A stretch of 61,215 nucleotides of DNA, the filler included. It is 12 parts of 12 records of this genome, joined end to end, with 100 filler letters (N's around TTAATTAATTAA, not from the genome) between each part and the next. Parts side by side here need not be neighbours in the genome. Positions count along the whole stretch, not along the records: positions 1 to 3,772 come from SRR7504441_25888; positions 3,873 to 7,843 come from SRR7504441_25889; positions 7,944 to 14,513 come from SRR7504441_25890; 9 more parts are not named here. One strand, written 5' to 3'. The notes under the pieces were generated by a model. The model saw only the letters and a program-made list of their open reading frames with translations. It made no database searches and had not been told where the DNA came from. The first letter of the stretch is position 1. Every line of letters starts with the position of its first letter. Below, piece after piece: positions 1 through 10,779 of this stretch. The translations under genes were made by a program, and so were the position numbers.

Positions 1-7
1 GTCAGTC

Positions 8-1216
8 ATGCGAGTGCAGTGCAAGGTGCCGTTGACCAGCATGATGAGCCGACCAGCAGGACTCGCATTGGCCGTGGTCTGGCTGGCCACCTGGGCACAG
101 GGCCAGGCCCCGGTCCCGGTGAGGCTGGTGGACGCCGTCGAGCTGCCCTCGGACTGGATCCCCACCGTGGACATATCGGCCCTTCTGACGCCCCCCGGCA
201 CAGTCAGCCGCGCCGAGAGAATGCGCGTGGTCACTGCACTGGGGCATGCAGCAAGGAGGTCCGGCTTTTTCATCGTGCGCAACCACGGGGTGGCCGATGA
301 GCTGCGAGCCCACCTGCTAGCCGGGGCCCGCGCATTCGCCAGGATGCCGCTCACCGACAAGATGAGGCTGGCTCCGCAGGCCTTCAACAACCGGTCAAAG
401 CACCGGTACCGCGGATACTTCCCAGCAAGCGTGAATGGCAAGGAAGGTTTTGACTTCACCAATCCTCGGTTTGAGGACCCAGCTGGGAGCAAGAGTGCCG
501 CCCGGTGGCTGCCGGAGCCATGGTCCAGCTGGCCACCGGCCACCGGGCTGCTTGAGGCTTCGGTGTGGCCGCAGGATCATGAGGACCTCGAGGTGCGCGC
601 CTTCCGATCGACTGCCCAGGCGTACTGGATACAGATGCAGGCGCTCGGCCAATCGCTGATGGGCGGGCTCGCTCTGGCAATGGGCGAAGACGAGCATGCC
701 TTCGACCGGGCGCTGTGGCCGCACGGCAGAGCCATCTCGACCGGCCGAATCAATTCGTACCCTAAAGTGAATGACATGGCCGCTGCGCTCAGGAGCGAGA
801 GTGCCTCCCACCAGGCTGGACTCGCCTGCGAGGCGCACACCGACGGGGCGCTTATCACCATGCTATGGGCCTCGCCAAACGTGACTGGGCTGCAAGTCAG
901 GGCCTCCTCGGCCGGATCAGACGGCCCTGTTTGGGTAAATGTGCCTCATGTGTCGGATGGGCTCGTGGTAAACATCGGTGAAGCGCTGCAGAGGATCTCA
1001 AATCAAGAGTTCCGGGCCACAGAGCATCGAGTTGTCTTCTCCCCTCACGAGCGCTGGTCATTCCCCTTCTTTCTCGAGCCGGAAATTGAGTCATCGCTGC
1101 ACTGCATGCACTCGACTACGAGCCCAGGCCGACCGTGCCATGACCAGCCTGTGTCTTATGGTGCTTTTGTCCATACGGCCAATCAAAGGTTTCAAGAATA
1201 CAATGGGCGCGAATGA
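8..1216 (+). CDS. 2-oxoglutarate/Fe(II)-dependent oxygenase (DIOX_N + 2OG-FeII_Oxy, IPNS-like superfamily) with probable signal peptide; start may be ATG at 41
   Basis: IPTVDIS, GFFIVRNHGV, YRGY, HTD...H(RV)...RWSFPFF motifs; hydrophobic N-terminus AGLALAVVWLATWAQG; intronless. Confidence 0.88.
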   Translation: MRVQCKVPLTSMMSRPAGLALAVVWLATWAQGQAPVPVRLVDAVELPSDWIPTVDISALLTPPGTVSRAERMRVVTALGHAARRSGFFIVRNHGVADELRAHLLAGARAFARMPLTDKMRLAPQAFNNRSKHRYRGYFPASVNGKEGFDFTNPRFEDPAGSKSAARWLPEPWSSWPPATGLLEASVWPQDHEDLEVRAFRSTAQAYWIQMQALGQSLMGGLALAMGEDEHAFDRALWPHGRAISTGRINSYPKVNDMAAALRSESASHQAGLACEAHTDGALITMLWASPNVTGLQVRASSAGSDGPVWVNVPHVSDGLVVNIGEALQRISNQEFRATEHRVVFSPHERWSFPFFLEPEIESSLHCMHSTTSPGRPCHDQPVSYGAFVHTANQRFQEYNGRE

Positions 1217-1349
1217 CTATTTTAATTCAAGGATATTTCTTAAATTACTACAATCATGTAGAAACTAAAGTTGCGGTGCATTCTCTCTATGTACTCTCTA
1301 TTGACCAGGTCGACCGATTCAGTTGACAAGGTCAATTGACAATTGATAC

Positions 1350-3772
1350 TTACATCATCATTTCGTCAAAGCTGCGCTTATGGTACCGGAACTGCGCCAC
1401 CTCTCCTCCCGTCCCGCTCAGCTGGCCGTTGTGCACCGCTCGCACGACTCTGATCAGATCGGACACAGCATAGTCGACCTCAAACGCTGGCTCATCAGAC
1501 AGGAATTGATTAAACTGTAGCGTTGCCCTAGCCGGCCCGACCGAAGCCACCCCCTCGACCACCTGGGCTTCCAGCTGGAGTCCCTCGAGCTCGAGCTCCA
1601 CCCTGTCTCCCGCCCGCAGCCAAGGCTCGAGCGGTGCCTCAAGCCCATTCGGGGCCTGCCCGGCCAGCGTGTCCTGCTCTCCAACCAGCATCTCCCAGGC
1701 AGCTGTCATCTCGCGCTTGCTCATCCCGCCCTCCTGCCTGAGCGCCTGCAGAAACTCGTGCTGGTGCAGCCCACTGCCGCCCCGGAGCACGAGCAGGCCC
1801 TGGCCGAGCCCTTCCACAGCCTGCATCGCGGCCGGCTCGCTCGGAGGCCCGCACTGGCAGCCTGGGAGCAGCTCGGCCAGCCTCGAGCGCGCCGGCAGCT
1901 GGTACAGCACAGCCTGGTCCTGCAGCAGCCCGAGCCCGGCTGACTCCGCCCGGCCGTGGCACGCCATCCTCCAGGTGAGCTTCTGGCCCATCAGCCAGCC
2001 GGGCAGCTCATCCGGACTCAACTGAGGCAGGTCTGTTGCAATCATCTCTTCATGGCTAGTGCCCAGCTCGCCGCCCCGGGCTCGCCGCCAGCGCCGCTTG
2101 AGCCCGTGCAGCCAGCGGGGCAGCTCAGACCGGTCGGCCGGCAGCCTGATGTCGGTCCCAGCTTCGGACGGCGCCATCCTGGGAGGCCCGCGCGGCGGTT
2201 TAGAGCGCGGCCGCTTGATAGCAGAGCCAGCCGGGAGCGCCGGGCTCCGCTGCTGCTGGGAGGCCAGCTTCATCTTGAGCTCAAACTTGTGCAGCAGCGA
2301 GGCCAGGCTGCGGTGCCCTCGGCTGAGCGCCCAGCCGCGCGCAGTACGCGAGCAGCCTTCGTTGGCCCGGCACTGGCCGCGGGCAAGCACATTGGCCCCC
2401 GCCAGAATGAGCGAGCTCGCAACGGACAAATGCCCGTGGAAAGCCGCGTTGATCAGCGGGGTGAACCCGCCCACATCGGCCAGATCTGGGTCGGCCTGCC
2501 CCGGGCTCAGCGCGGGGCGGGGCGGGGCGTGCCTTGTGCTGCTCGAGCAGCTGCTTGACAGTCTTGGTCCGGCCGCAGCGCGAGGCCAGATTGAGCACCG
2601 TGTTCCCTTCGAACCCGACCGAGCCCTCGTGGTTGACAGGGTAACTCACACCGCAGCTCAATTTCTGCGAGAGCATCTTGGAGATCGTGGAGCCCGAGTC
2701 CCGGCTCTCGAGACACTTGTGCATCTTGCGCAGCTGCTCGTCGAAAGCCTGTCCGCCGCTCAGCCGGGCCGGCCGGGGCTGCGGCCTGTGACTGCTTCTT
2801 GAGCTCTCCGTAGTGGCAGTGGAAGAATATGCACATCCACGGCCGGCGCGGTCGGGCCGGCAGGTGCCAGCCGGCTCGTTTGGCGTCCTCCTGACTGAGC
2901 CTCTTCCACAAGTCGGCTCGGTCCTGGACAGTCCGCCAGTCCCTGCACACTTCTGGGAGCAGCGAGGCTGTCTTGACAGGCAGGCTTCTGATCAGGACCT
3001 CCAGCTTGCTGAGTCGCGAGAGCGCCAGGACCGAGCTGCTGTCCACATGCACCTGCGGCCGGGCCCACTTGATCTTGCCCCAGTGGACAGTCTCAGTGGG
3101 CCCGGTGTAGAACGTGGAGACAAGCGACCGGGGCTTGGACGCGAGGCACTGGCCACAGAGGTAGTTGGAGATACGGGCGACGGCCCCCTCGTTGATCCCA
3201 ATGCATTCGCCATGGAACCACTCGCTGCAGCTATCGCACCCGATCATGAATCGGTTGCCAGCCTCCCGCCGGCAGATGCAGTATATTTCCACGTCGGCGG
3301 CCCCAGCGTTGGTACTCTGTTGGATGCACTCGGGGCACATCCACTGCTCCCCCACCGAGGCCGCGTCCTCCGCCGCCACTCCCACGCACCTGCCCGGCCC
3401 ATCAGAGCCCGATCACCCGCGCGCGTACCGGCCGTGGAAGCCGCGGTCGCAGGCCAAGCATTGAAGCCAGAATACGCCCGGGGCAAGCTGCTGCTGGCAC
3501 TGGCCGCACGGCCCACTCGGCCGCGTGGGACTCGACAGGTAATCCGTGTCGGGCGACCGCACCTGACCAGCAGACTTAGCTGCGGAGCAGAGCAGCCGCA
3601 CCTTCTGCGATTCGGGCGCGCCTTCTCCCACCTCTGTGGCCAGACTGCCGGGCGGGACGGCCTCCGCCGTTTGCCCCGGATTCGAAAGGACAGGCGCCGG
3701 ATCGGTCAGACAGCCACCGGGTGCCTCCGTTTGAGTGCCACTCAGGCTGCGCTTGGCGTCCTTCAGGGAGCG
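1350..3772 (-). CDS. PHD-PHD-F-box-like-ankyrin repeat protein, 5'-partial, 4 introns (3563-3601, 3390-3428, 2749-2785 GC-AG, 2496-2532 GC-AG)
   Basis: Splicing joins CGQC..CLACDRGFHGR|CVG..WMCPEC (PHD1), YCICR..MIGCDSCSEWFHGECIG..YLCGQC (PHD2), LEVLIRSLP..VCRDWR..LWKRL (F-box-like), GNTVLNLASRCGRTKTVKQLL and GFTPLINAAFHGHLSVASSLILAGANV (ankyrin). Confidence 0.8.
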
Positions 3773-3872
3773 NNNNNNNNNNNNNNNNNNNNNNNNNNNN
3801 NNNNNNNNNNNNNNNNTTAATTAATTAANNNNNNNNNNNNNNNNNNNNNNNNNNNNNNNNNNNNNNNNNNNN
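3773..3872. other. Artificial contig spacer (N44-TTAATTAATTAA-N44)
   Basis: 100-nt unit repeated identically 11 times; the 12-mer puts stops in all six frames. Confidence 0.98.
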
Positions 3873-4180
3873 TGCTGCCGGCTCCTCCGCTGGCACAGGC
3901 TCCTCTGCTTCTGGCACAGGCTCCTCTACTGCTGCCGCCGGCTCCTCTACTGCCACGGGCTTCACTTCTGCTGCTGCCGGCTCTTCTTCTGCAGCCGGCT
4001 CCTCCACTGCTGCCCGCTCTTCTTTTGCTGTTGTCTTCTCCTCCGCTGCTGCTGGCTCCTCTACTAATGTTGCCGGCTCCACTTCTGTTGCAGCTGCCTC
4101 AACTGCTGCAGCTGCCTCCTCAACTGCTGCAGCTGGTGCCTCGGCTGCTGCGGCTGGCTCCTCGACTGCCACGGATTCAT
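3873..4180 (-). repeat. Coding low-complexity repeat (VEEPAAA / EEPVP units)
   Basis: Repeated GAGGAGCCGGCAGCA-like units on the minus strand up to the contig break. Confidence 0.8.
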
Positions 4181-7100
4181 CTGCTGCTTTGACCTCTGGT
4201 TGATCCTCTCCTGCCATTGTTGCCGGCTCCTCTGTTGCTGTGGTCTGCTCTGCTGGCTCCTGAGCAGACGTTGTTGGCTCTTCTTGTGCTGCCGCAGACT
4301 GCTCCTCGGATATGGCCGTCACCTCAGGTGCGTCAGCTTCAAGCGTTGTGCTCAGCTCGCCTGCATCCTCTGCACCTGGAAGGTCCACGGCAGCCGTCGT
4401 TTCCAGGCTCTTGATTGCCTCCTCCCGCAACTGGTCTTCCTCACTTTTATCCAGTCCCGTCGACGTCTCCTGTTTGGCGTCCGCAGCATCTCCTGGCCCA
4501 AACACTTTGCGGTCCATCTGAACAGACATCCGCCGGCTCCGCGACATCCTGCGCTGAGGCACCGGCTCCATGACCTCCTGCGGTGCTTGCTCACTTGGTG
4601 GTCGCGACGGCCCAAGAACCACCGCCTGTTGGCCCATCAGCACCTCTGCTTCTGAGGCTAGCCGCCGCAACTCCTCAGCCCGTCGTTGCTCGGTCTGCCG
4701 CCGACCGACTGAGCCCCGATATGACGATTGGATCCTCACTGCCGCCTGCTCTGCCGACTCCACTGGCTGAGCATCCTCTAGGGACCCGTCTTCCTGCACT
4801 TCCTCATTCAGAATGTCGTCGAGCTCGTCAAGCTCCTTGAGTTCAATTTTCTCCTCGACAGGCGTCGGGCGGCTCAGCACGCCAGACGTGTCAGTTGGCA
4901 GCCGCTCAACCGCTCCATCCAGCTCCTGCATCAGTCGAGTCTGCTCGCCTTCAAGCTCCTCGATCTGGTGCTGGTGCGATATCTTGAGCGGAAGCGGCAC
5001 CTGCGCCATCGCGTGCTCAACTGCGCGCTTGCCTTTGAGCCCAGCTTCAGGCTTGTCGTCGTTCCATGCAGTCATGGAGAGTGAGGCCAACGTGTTGCGC
5101 AACGCAGCAAAGTCCTGCACAGCCTGCTTAGTTTGATCAAGTGCACAGTGGATACCTGGCGGCAACTGCTCTTGAGCTTAGCCTGTCGTAGTGCGAGCTC
5201 ATCGCTGCTCTCCTTGTCGTCCGCCCCACCATCGGCCCCGAAATTGGCTAGTTTGTTCATAATGTTCCGCTCGCTTGCTTCAATCTTGCTCATGAACACA
5301 GTCTGCATTGTCCTGAGCGCCTGGGCCATTTTGTCGTCGTGCTGTTCAGTCAGTGACTGCAGCCGTTGCTCCAGGTTGGTCCGGGCCTCGCTTGAAGTCT
5401 CAGCGTTCCCCACTCCGAGCTCATCTGTCCTGAACTCTAGCCGCTTGATCGCCTCCTTGTTGGCAGTTGTCTCAATCGCGCCCTGCGACGTCTTGAGCCC
5501 AATCTGCTCCAGTCGGCGCTGCAGCCCAGCGCATACCTGCGTCGCGTCCTCCCGGGCCATCTCCCTGTCCCGGCTGCGCTGCATCTTGGCCTCCTCAAAT
5601 CTTTCACCCACTTGCAGTCGCATTTTCTCAATCCCATCAGTCAGCACCCGATGGCTCTCCTTGATATTGCTCATCCCCGGGCGCATCTCGTCATCCATCG
5701 TCTTGCGGCAAGCGTCCGTGTCGGCTTTCAGTCGGGTGACCGCCGCCTCCAGGTGTGCTTGGGCCAGCTTGCCCACACTGTCCATGTCTTCCCGCATCTG
5801 CGAGGCCAGCTGGTCGCATCTGTGGCTAGAATCACGCGCCTGGAGCTCCATCTTGTCCAGCACTGTCCCGAGTTTCTGATTGGACCGAGCGATCATCCCC
5901 TCCAGCGTGGCGTGCCCCTTGGCCGACCGGATCCCCACCTCGCGAGTCATCTCCGAGCAAGTCGTCCTCACCTGGTCTAGCTGTTCTGCCAGCAGCGCCT
6001 CCGCCTTGCCCAGCCGGGCGCTCAGCCCGGTAATCTGGGACTGAAGCTCGGCCTTGGTCGACTTGAGCACACCCTCCTCCCTTTTGATGAGCCACTGCAC
6101 CTTCTGCTCAGTCTGCTCCATCGACTCGAGCCTCGCCCGGACCTCAGCCTGAACCGCGTCGTCAAAGTGAGTACGTGCCTGCTGCACGTCCTCGCGCGCC
6201 CCCTTGATGTTGCTATTGACCAACCGCTCGCGCTCCTCCCTAGACTGCTGCTCCTCCCGCAAACCCTGCTCCAGCACTCGCAGCTTTCCTGCGAATTTCT
6301 CCTCCACAGCCTCTGCCAGTCCGATGCGCTGCCTCCGCTCAGCTGCCATCGCCTGCTCCATCTCGTTTAGCCGCTGGGCCGCCAGCTGACGCTCGCGCTC
6401 CTCCGCTTTTGAGATGTCATTCATTCTGTTGCTGCTCAGCTCTTGTATTTTGGCCAACTCCTTCATCATCTGCTCGAGCTCCGAAGAACTTCGTTGCTGC
6501 ACAGCAGCCACCCTATCGTCCAGCAGCTGCCGGAGCACCGCCGTCCGTTGCTCCATCTCCACCTACTCCGGCTCGCCCGCCGCCCCAGCCGGCAGCGGCC
6601 ACCTGAGTGTTCCGCTCGCGCTGCCTTGCAGCCTCGGCGCCAGAATCCTGCAGCTCCAACTGTCTATTGAGCAGCAGCCTAAGCTGCTCAGTCGACCCCT
6701 CGCTCTCAGTCAGCCGGGCCTGCAGCTCGGCTTGCACTGCCCGGCCAGTCAGCCCCGACACAGTCGCGCAGCTCACCAGCGGCTATCTCAGTCAGATTGA
6801 CTCGACTGATCAGCTGCTGCTCGAAATCGGCCAAATCCCGTTGAAGTGCCCCTGCCTGCTTGGCTCCGATCTGCGAGAGCTCCTCCACTCTCTGGTCCAG
6901 CCGGCCGATCTCGCTGACAACTGCCTGCGTTTGCGAGTTGGTCTGATCGCCTTTCTGGTCGGATCTCTGCGAGAGGATTTCCACCTGCAAACCGCTGAGT
7001 CTGACCAGCCAACGGCAATGATGGCACCTCCTTGAGACGCCGGGCCACGTCCACCACCTGACCCATCTCCCTCCGGGCCTCCATCACCTGTTCGGTGTGT

Positions 7101-7759
7101 GCTTTCGCCTCTGCAGCAAGCGCTTGCTCCATCCTGCGCAGCCTGTGCTCGACATCATCTCTCAGCTTGGTCGACTCGTCGGCCAGGTAGCCCAGCGCCG
7201 TCCCGCACGCGGCCACCTTGCTGATCACGTCGTCCGCGTTCTTGGGAGGCTGGACCAACCCGACCACGTTGGCGTTGAACTCGGCCGGTGAAAGGTCGAC
7301 ACCCCTCGCTGGTTCGCCGTACAGCACCGGCTGCGGGTTGGCCTCGCGCGGGAGCCATTTGTCTGGATTGTACCCCTGCTGCACTACCGGCGGCGGCGGG
7401 CTGGCCCGTTGCACCAGCTCGGGCTCGGGTGGCCCACCTTCCAGAGCGCGCACCCGACGGCGCTGCTCCTCGCCTCGCGAGTTTGGCTTGTTGCCGGTCT
7501 TCGCGTCAAGCTGCTGCTGGACCGCCGCCTTCCACTCGGCGTTCTTGGCCGCCCGCTGCTGCTCCCGCTGCCGGCCCTCCCGGCCCCACGAAATGCCGCC
7601 GCCCTCGTCCACAGCCCGCCCGGCAGGCAGCGGCACCCCGGCCCCAGGAGCCGCCCTATCTCTGGATCCCGGTCGGCGGCCGGGCTCCTCGTTTGCGTCC
7701 GGCTGGTCTACCGAGCCCCGCCGCCCCCCCACGCCGTAAGCCCGCCGATAAGGCTGCAT
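3873..7759 (-). CDS. Long coiled-coil protein with IQ motif and acidic Ala/Glu/Pro repeat tail, 3'-partial, at least 4 introns of about 40 nt
   Basis: GT-AG introns near 6985-7027, 6737-6776, 6563-6602 and about 5115-5155 join the track ORFs into one frame; AAVRIQSSYRGSVGR is an IQ motif. Confidence 0.75.
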
Positions 7760-7843
7760 CGAGACGCCTGTGCCCGCGGCGGATTCCAAAAATAAGTGCA
7801 GCTCCAGCCCTCTATCGGACAATGGGCACCCCGGCGGAGACGG

Positions 7844-7943
7844 NNNNNNNNNNNNNNNNNNNNNNNNNNNNNNNNNNNNNNNNNNNNTTAATTAATTAAN
7901 NNNNNNNNNNNNNNNNNNNNNNNNNNNNNNNNNNNNNNNNNNN
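7844..7943. other. Artificial contig spacer
   Basis: N44-TTAATTAATTAA-N44. Confidence 0.98.
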
Positions 7944-8884
7944 CCCCCCCCCTGGACCGCCCGGAGCACCTCCGCCACGCAGCTCTCTTGAGTGCCGGCC
8001 CCCGGGGCCAATTCGATTAGGTTCACCCATCCGGACTCGCTTGTGCGACTTACTACCTCTAACCGGATCAGCACTGACGAGCATCCCTCCGCCCCCCGAG
8101 CCGCGGCCACCACCCGGCTGTCGGTGTCTGCCTGGTCGAATGGGAGGCTGGTCAGCTGGCTCAGCTCGTCCACGGGGGCGGCTGGGCTGCGGAGTAAGTC
8201 GCACGGCCGCTCGCCTCGGACAGCGACAAGCTGCACGCCGACCGCATTCCCGAGTTCAATAAACTGCGTGGCGCAGAGCTGGAACAACCCGCGTGGGGCC
8301 ACCCCGCCCCCGAGCAGCGTGTGGCTCTTGCCCGAGCCCGGCCCGCCCCGGACGAAAAGGCAGGCCGTCTGCCCGTGGGCGGCCGCCTCGAGCGCAGGCC
8401 ACACCATCTCCCAGACCTCCTGCTGCCCGCCGGCTGGCCCACACAGCAGGTCCAGGCTGAACGCTCGCTCCGGCGCCTCCGGCTGCCGGACCGTGAGCTG
8501 GGCCGCCCCGCCCGGGCCGGCGGCGGCGGCGAGCACGGTGGGCGGATCAGCCCCGTGTCTAATCCCCTCCATGCCGAGCAGCGGGCGCACCCGCGCCATG
8601 CAGACCACCCGCGGCGGGCACAGCCGCAGCTCGAGCGCCGCGCACCGCCGCTCGAGCGCCGCGTTGGCCTCGGCGAGCTCGGCCGCCCGGAGTTCCGAGG
8701 CGTCCAACTCAACCGCCTGCCGCTCGAGCCTTCGCTGCTGCTCTGCCACCTGGACCCGGAGGCGCTGGAGCTCAGACCGGTCCTCGGGACGGGCCGTCTT
8801 GGGCCGGAACTGGGAGAGCTTCCGGTTGGTGTCCAGCTCGGCCAAGGCCGGCCGCCTGCCGCTGCTGGGCCTGCTGGACGCCAT
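7944..8884 (-). CDS. Kinesin-14-like protein (N-terminal coiled coil, C-terminal divergent motor domain), 3'-partial
   Basis: RVVCMARVRPLL, FSLDLLCGP..QQEVW, P-loop GGPGSGKSHT, RGLF, GWVNLIELA (for LVDLAGSE). Confidence 0.7.
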
Positions 8885-8970
8885 GATCTCAAATCAAAGG
8901 ATGGTTTTTCATCTAACGGCCATGTCGCTCAAGTCGGAGCTGTCGCTCAGCCCAGCGCGGACGCAAGCAC

Positions 8971-9658
8971 ATGCCAAAGCCTCGCAACTCCACCCCCCAG
9001 ACGCAGCCCATGCGCGACTTCTGCTCCGGAGACCAGATCACAATCGTGGTCGGGCCACCGGCTGAGCCGAGCTCCGACGCCTCTGTAGATGGATCCAACG
9101 TGAAGCCGGCGACCTCTGATCAGCGGGCCCAGTTTGTTATCGGCGACCAGGTGCTGACGCAGTGCTCCCCGGTGTTTAGGGCAATGGTCGAGGGCGAGTG
9201 GGCCGAGAGCCAGAGCCGCCGGGTGGAGCTGCCCCAGTTCACGCCCAGCCAGCTCGAGCACTTCCTCCGGCTGGTACACTGCGCCGGAGTTCTACATGGA
9301 TGATTCTGGCAGCGAGGAGAGCATTTTGCATGACGTGAATGTGAACGCAGCGCTGCCAATAGCGCACTATTTTGACTGCGCCAGCCTGAAGGAAAAGCTG
9401 GACAAATGGATCGAAGCTCACCCGACCCTGGAGGGGTTCGCTGTCCGGGACGAGAGCGCGCCGGGCAAGCAATGGAGCGAGGCTGCTTATAACAAGGTCA
9501 TGGAGGAGATTACTGAAAAGGTTGGTTACAAAGGTCATTACCACAGAAAACTGAAATCGAATCCACGGCTGGAGAGCCTGACAGCTTTGACCTGGATGGG
9601 GCTCATGAATGCTGCAGGCGCCTGGGGACACCGGGGGGTCCCCGGCAGTCGGGGCTGA
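8971..9658 (+). CDS. BTB/POZ domain protein with an apparent frameshift near 9273
   Basis: VLTQCSPVFRAMVEGEWAESQSRRVELP..LEHFLRL continues in the +1 frame as YTAPEFY..NVNAALPIAHYFDCASLKEKLDKWI. Confidence 0.65.
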
Positions 9659-10125
9659 CTGGTTGACTTGCTTTTGAGTTCATCGACCCTTTTGCTCACT
9701 GTCTTAGCTACCAGCTGTGCTTCTTCTGCATTGCTATTGATTTGTTCCATAATCCTTTGCAGATGGGCGAGCTTGTCCGACACTTCCTGATGCCTTTTTT
9801 CGGATTTCTGTACTGAGTCTTTGACTGCTCCCCCATTCACGCCGCTCCCTAGCACATCAAGCAGCTGCTGATGTGCATCCAGCGCTGTTTCAATGGCCTG
9901 AATACGAGGTCCTGAAACTGTGCTGGCTTGCGATGTTTTGCGAATCTCTATGTCAGCAATATGCTCGCCGACTGCTGTCTTCATGGCTGTTGTGTCCTTC
10001 TGCACCATCATGACCTCTGCCTGAGCGTCAAAGCTCCCGACATGCTCTTTGGGAGGCTGCGCAGCGGGGGTGCTTATGGTGACCGCGAAGGTCACTCGAT
10101 CTCTGTGCCGCCTTTGGCGCATCAC
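9538..10125 (-). CDS. Hypothetical coiled-coil ORF, possibly a pseudogene fragment; overlaps the BTB gene 3' end
   Basis: 195-aa ORF with heptad-like segments and lower GC than neighbours; no clean 5' model found. Confidence 0.35.
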   Translation of the reverse strand: MMRQRRHRDRVTFAVTISTPAAQPPKEHVGSFDAQAEVMMVQKDTTAMKTAVGEHIADIEIRKTSQASTVSGPRIQAIETALDAHQQLLDVLGSGVNGGAVKDSVQKSEKRHQEVSDKLAHLQRIMEQINSNAEEAQLVAKTVSKRVDELKSKSTSQPRLPGTPRCPQAPAAFMSPIQVKAVRLSSRGFDFSFLW

Positions 10126-10779
10126 ACGCGCCAGGAAGTTAAGAGCGCAAGGACAGAACGCTCGCCGATGGCAGCTCGGAGTGCCTCAAGAGTCGCATCA
10201 GGCTTCAATTCTCGAAGCTCTCCTCGAGTTAAACGAATGTCTGAGAAGTTTGCCGCGACTCAGCCGCTAGCAGGAACCCTAGCAGGATCCAAGGATGACG
10301 GCAGCACCCTGCCCATGGCACCACGGTGCTCTACAGGGATGCGAGGTAGCAAGAAGGAGCGGCCTTCGGCATGATGTACCTCAACCTCAACCATTCTGGA
10401 TCACATGTGCGCCAGCGAGCAAGGATGTCCAGTGGTGTAGTAAAGATGTAGCAAGCCCTGTCATGGATCGTGGCAACGGAGCCCTTTCAATTGCAGAGGC
10501 CCTGCTCTCCGTTTCAAAATCAAAACCAATAAAACACTTTGACCGTACTTTGACCGTGACCAAGATTTCTTAATTAATCATAAGGCAATCGCCTAGAGGT
10601 GTATGGTCGATTGACAATCATTGGCCATGATACAGAAAATGATCGATCACGACTATGTCAATAATGTCCACTGACCAAATCAATCATCCGGCGAGAATAA
10701 TAAGACTTGGTACTGTCTCGGGACCAAGTTCGATCAATCGGTATCTAAACAAATCCTAACATAACTATAGTCTCGTTGC

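Noticed and set aside
3817-3828. TTAATTAATTAA repeated 11 times as a possible biological repeat or IES-like boundary
   Set aside because: Always centred between two runs of exactly 44 N; a synthetic six-frame-stop spacer
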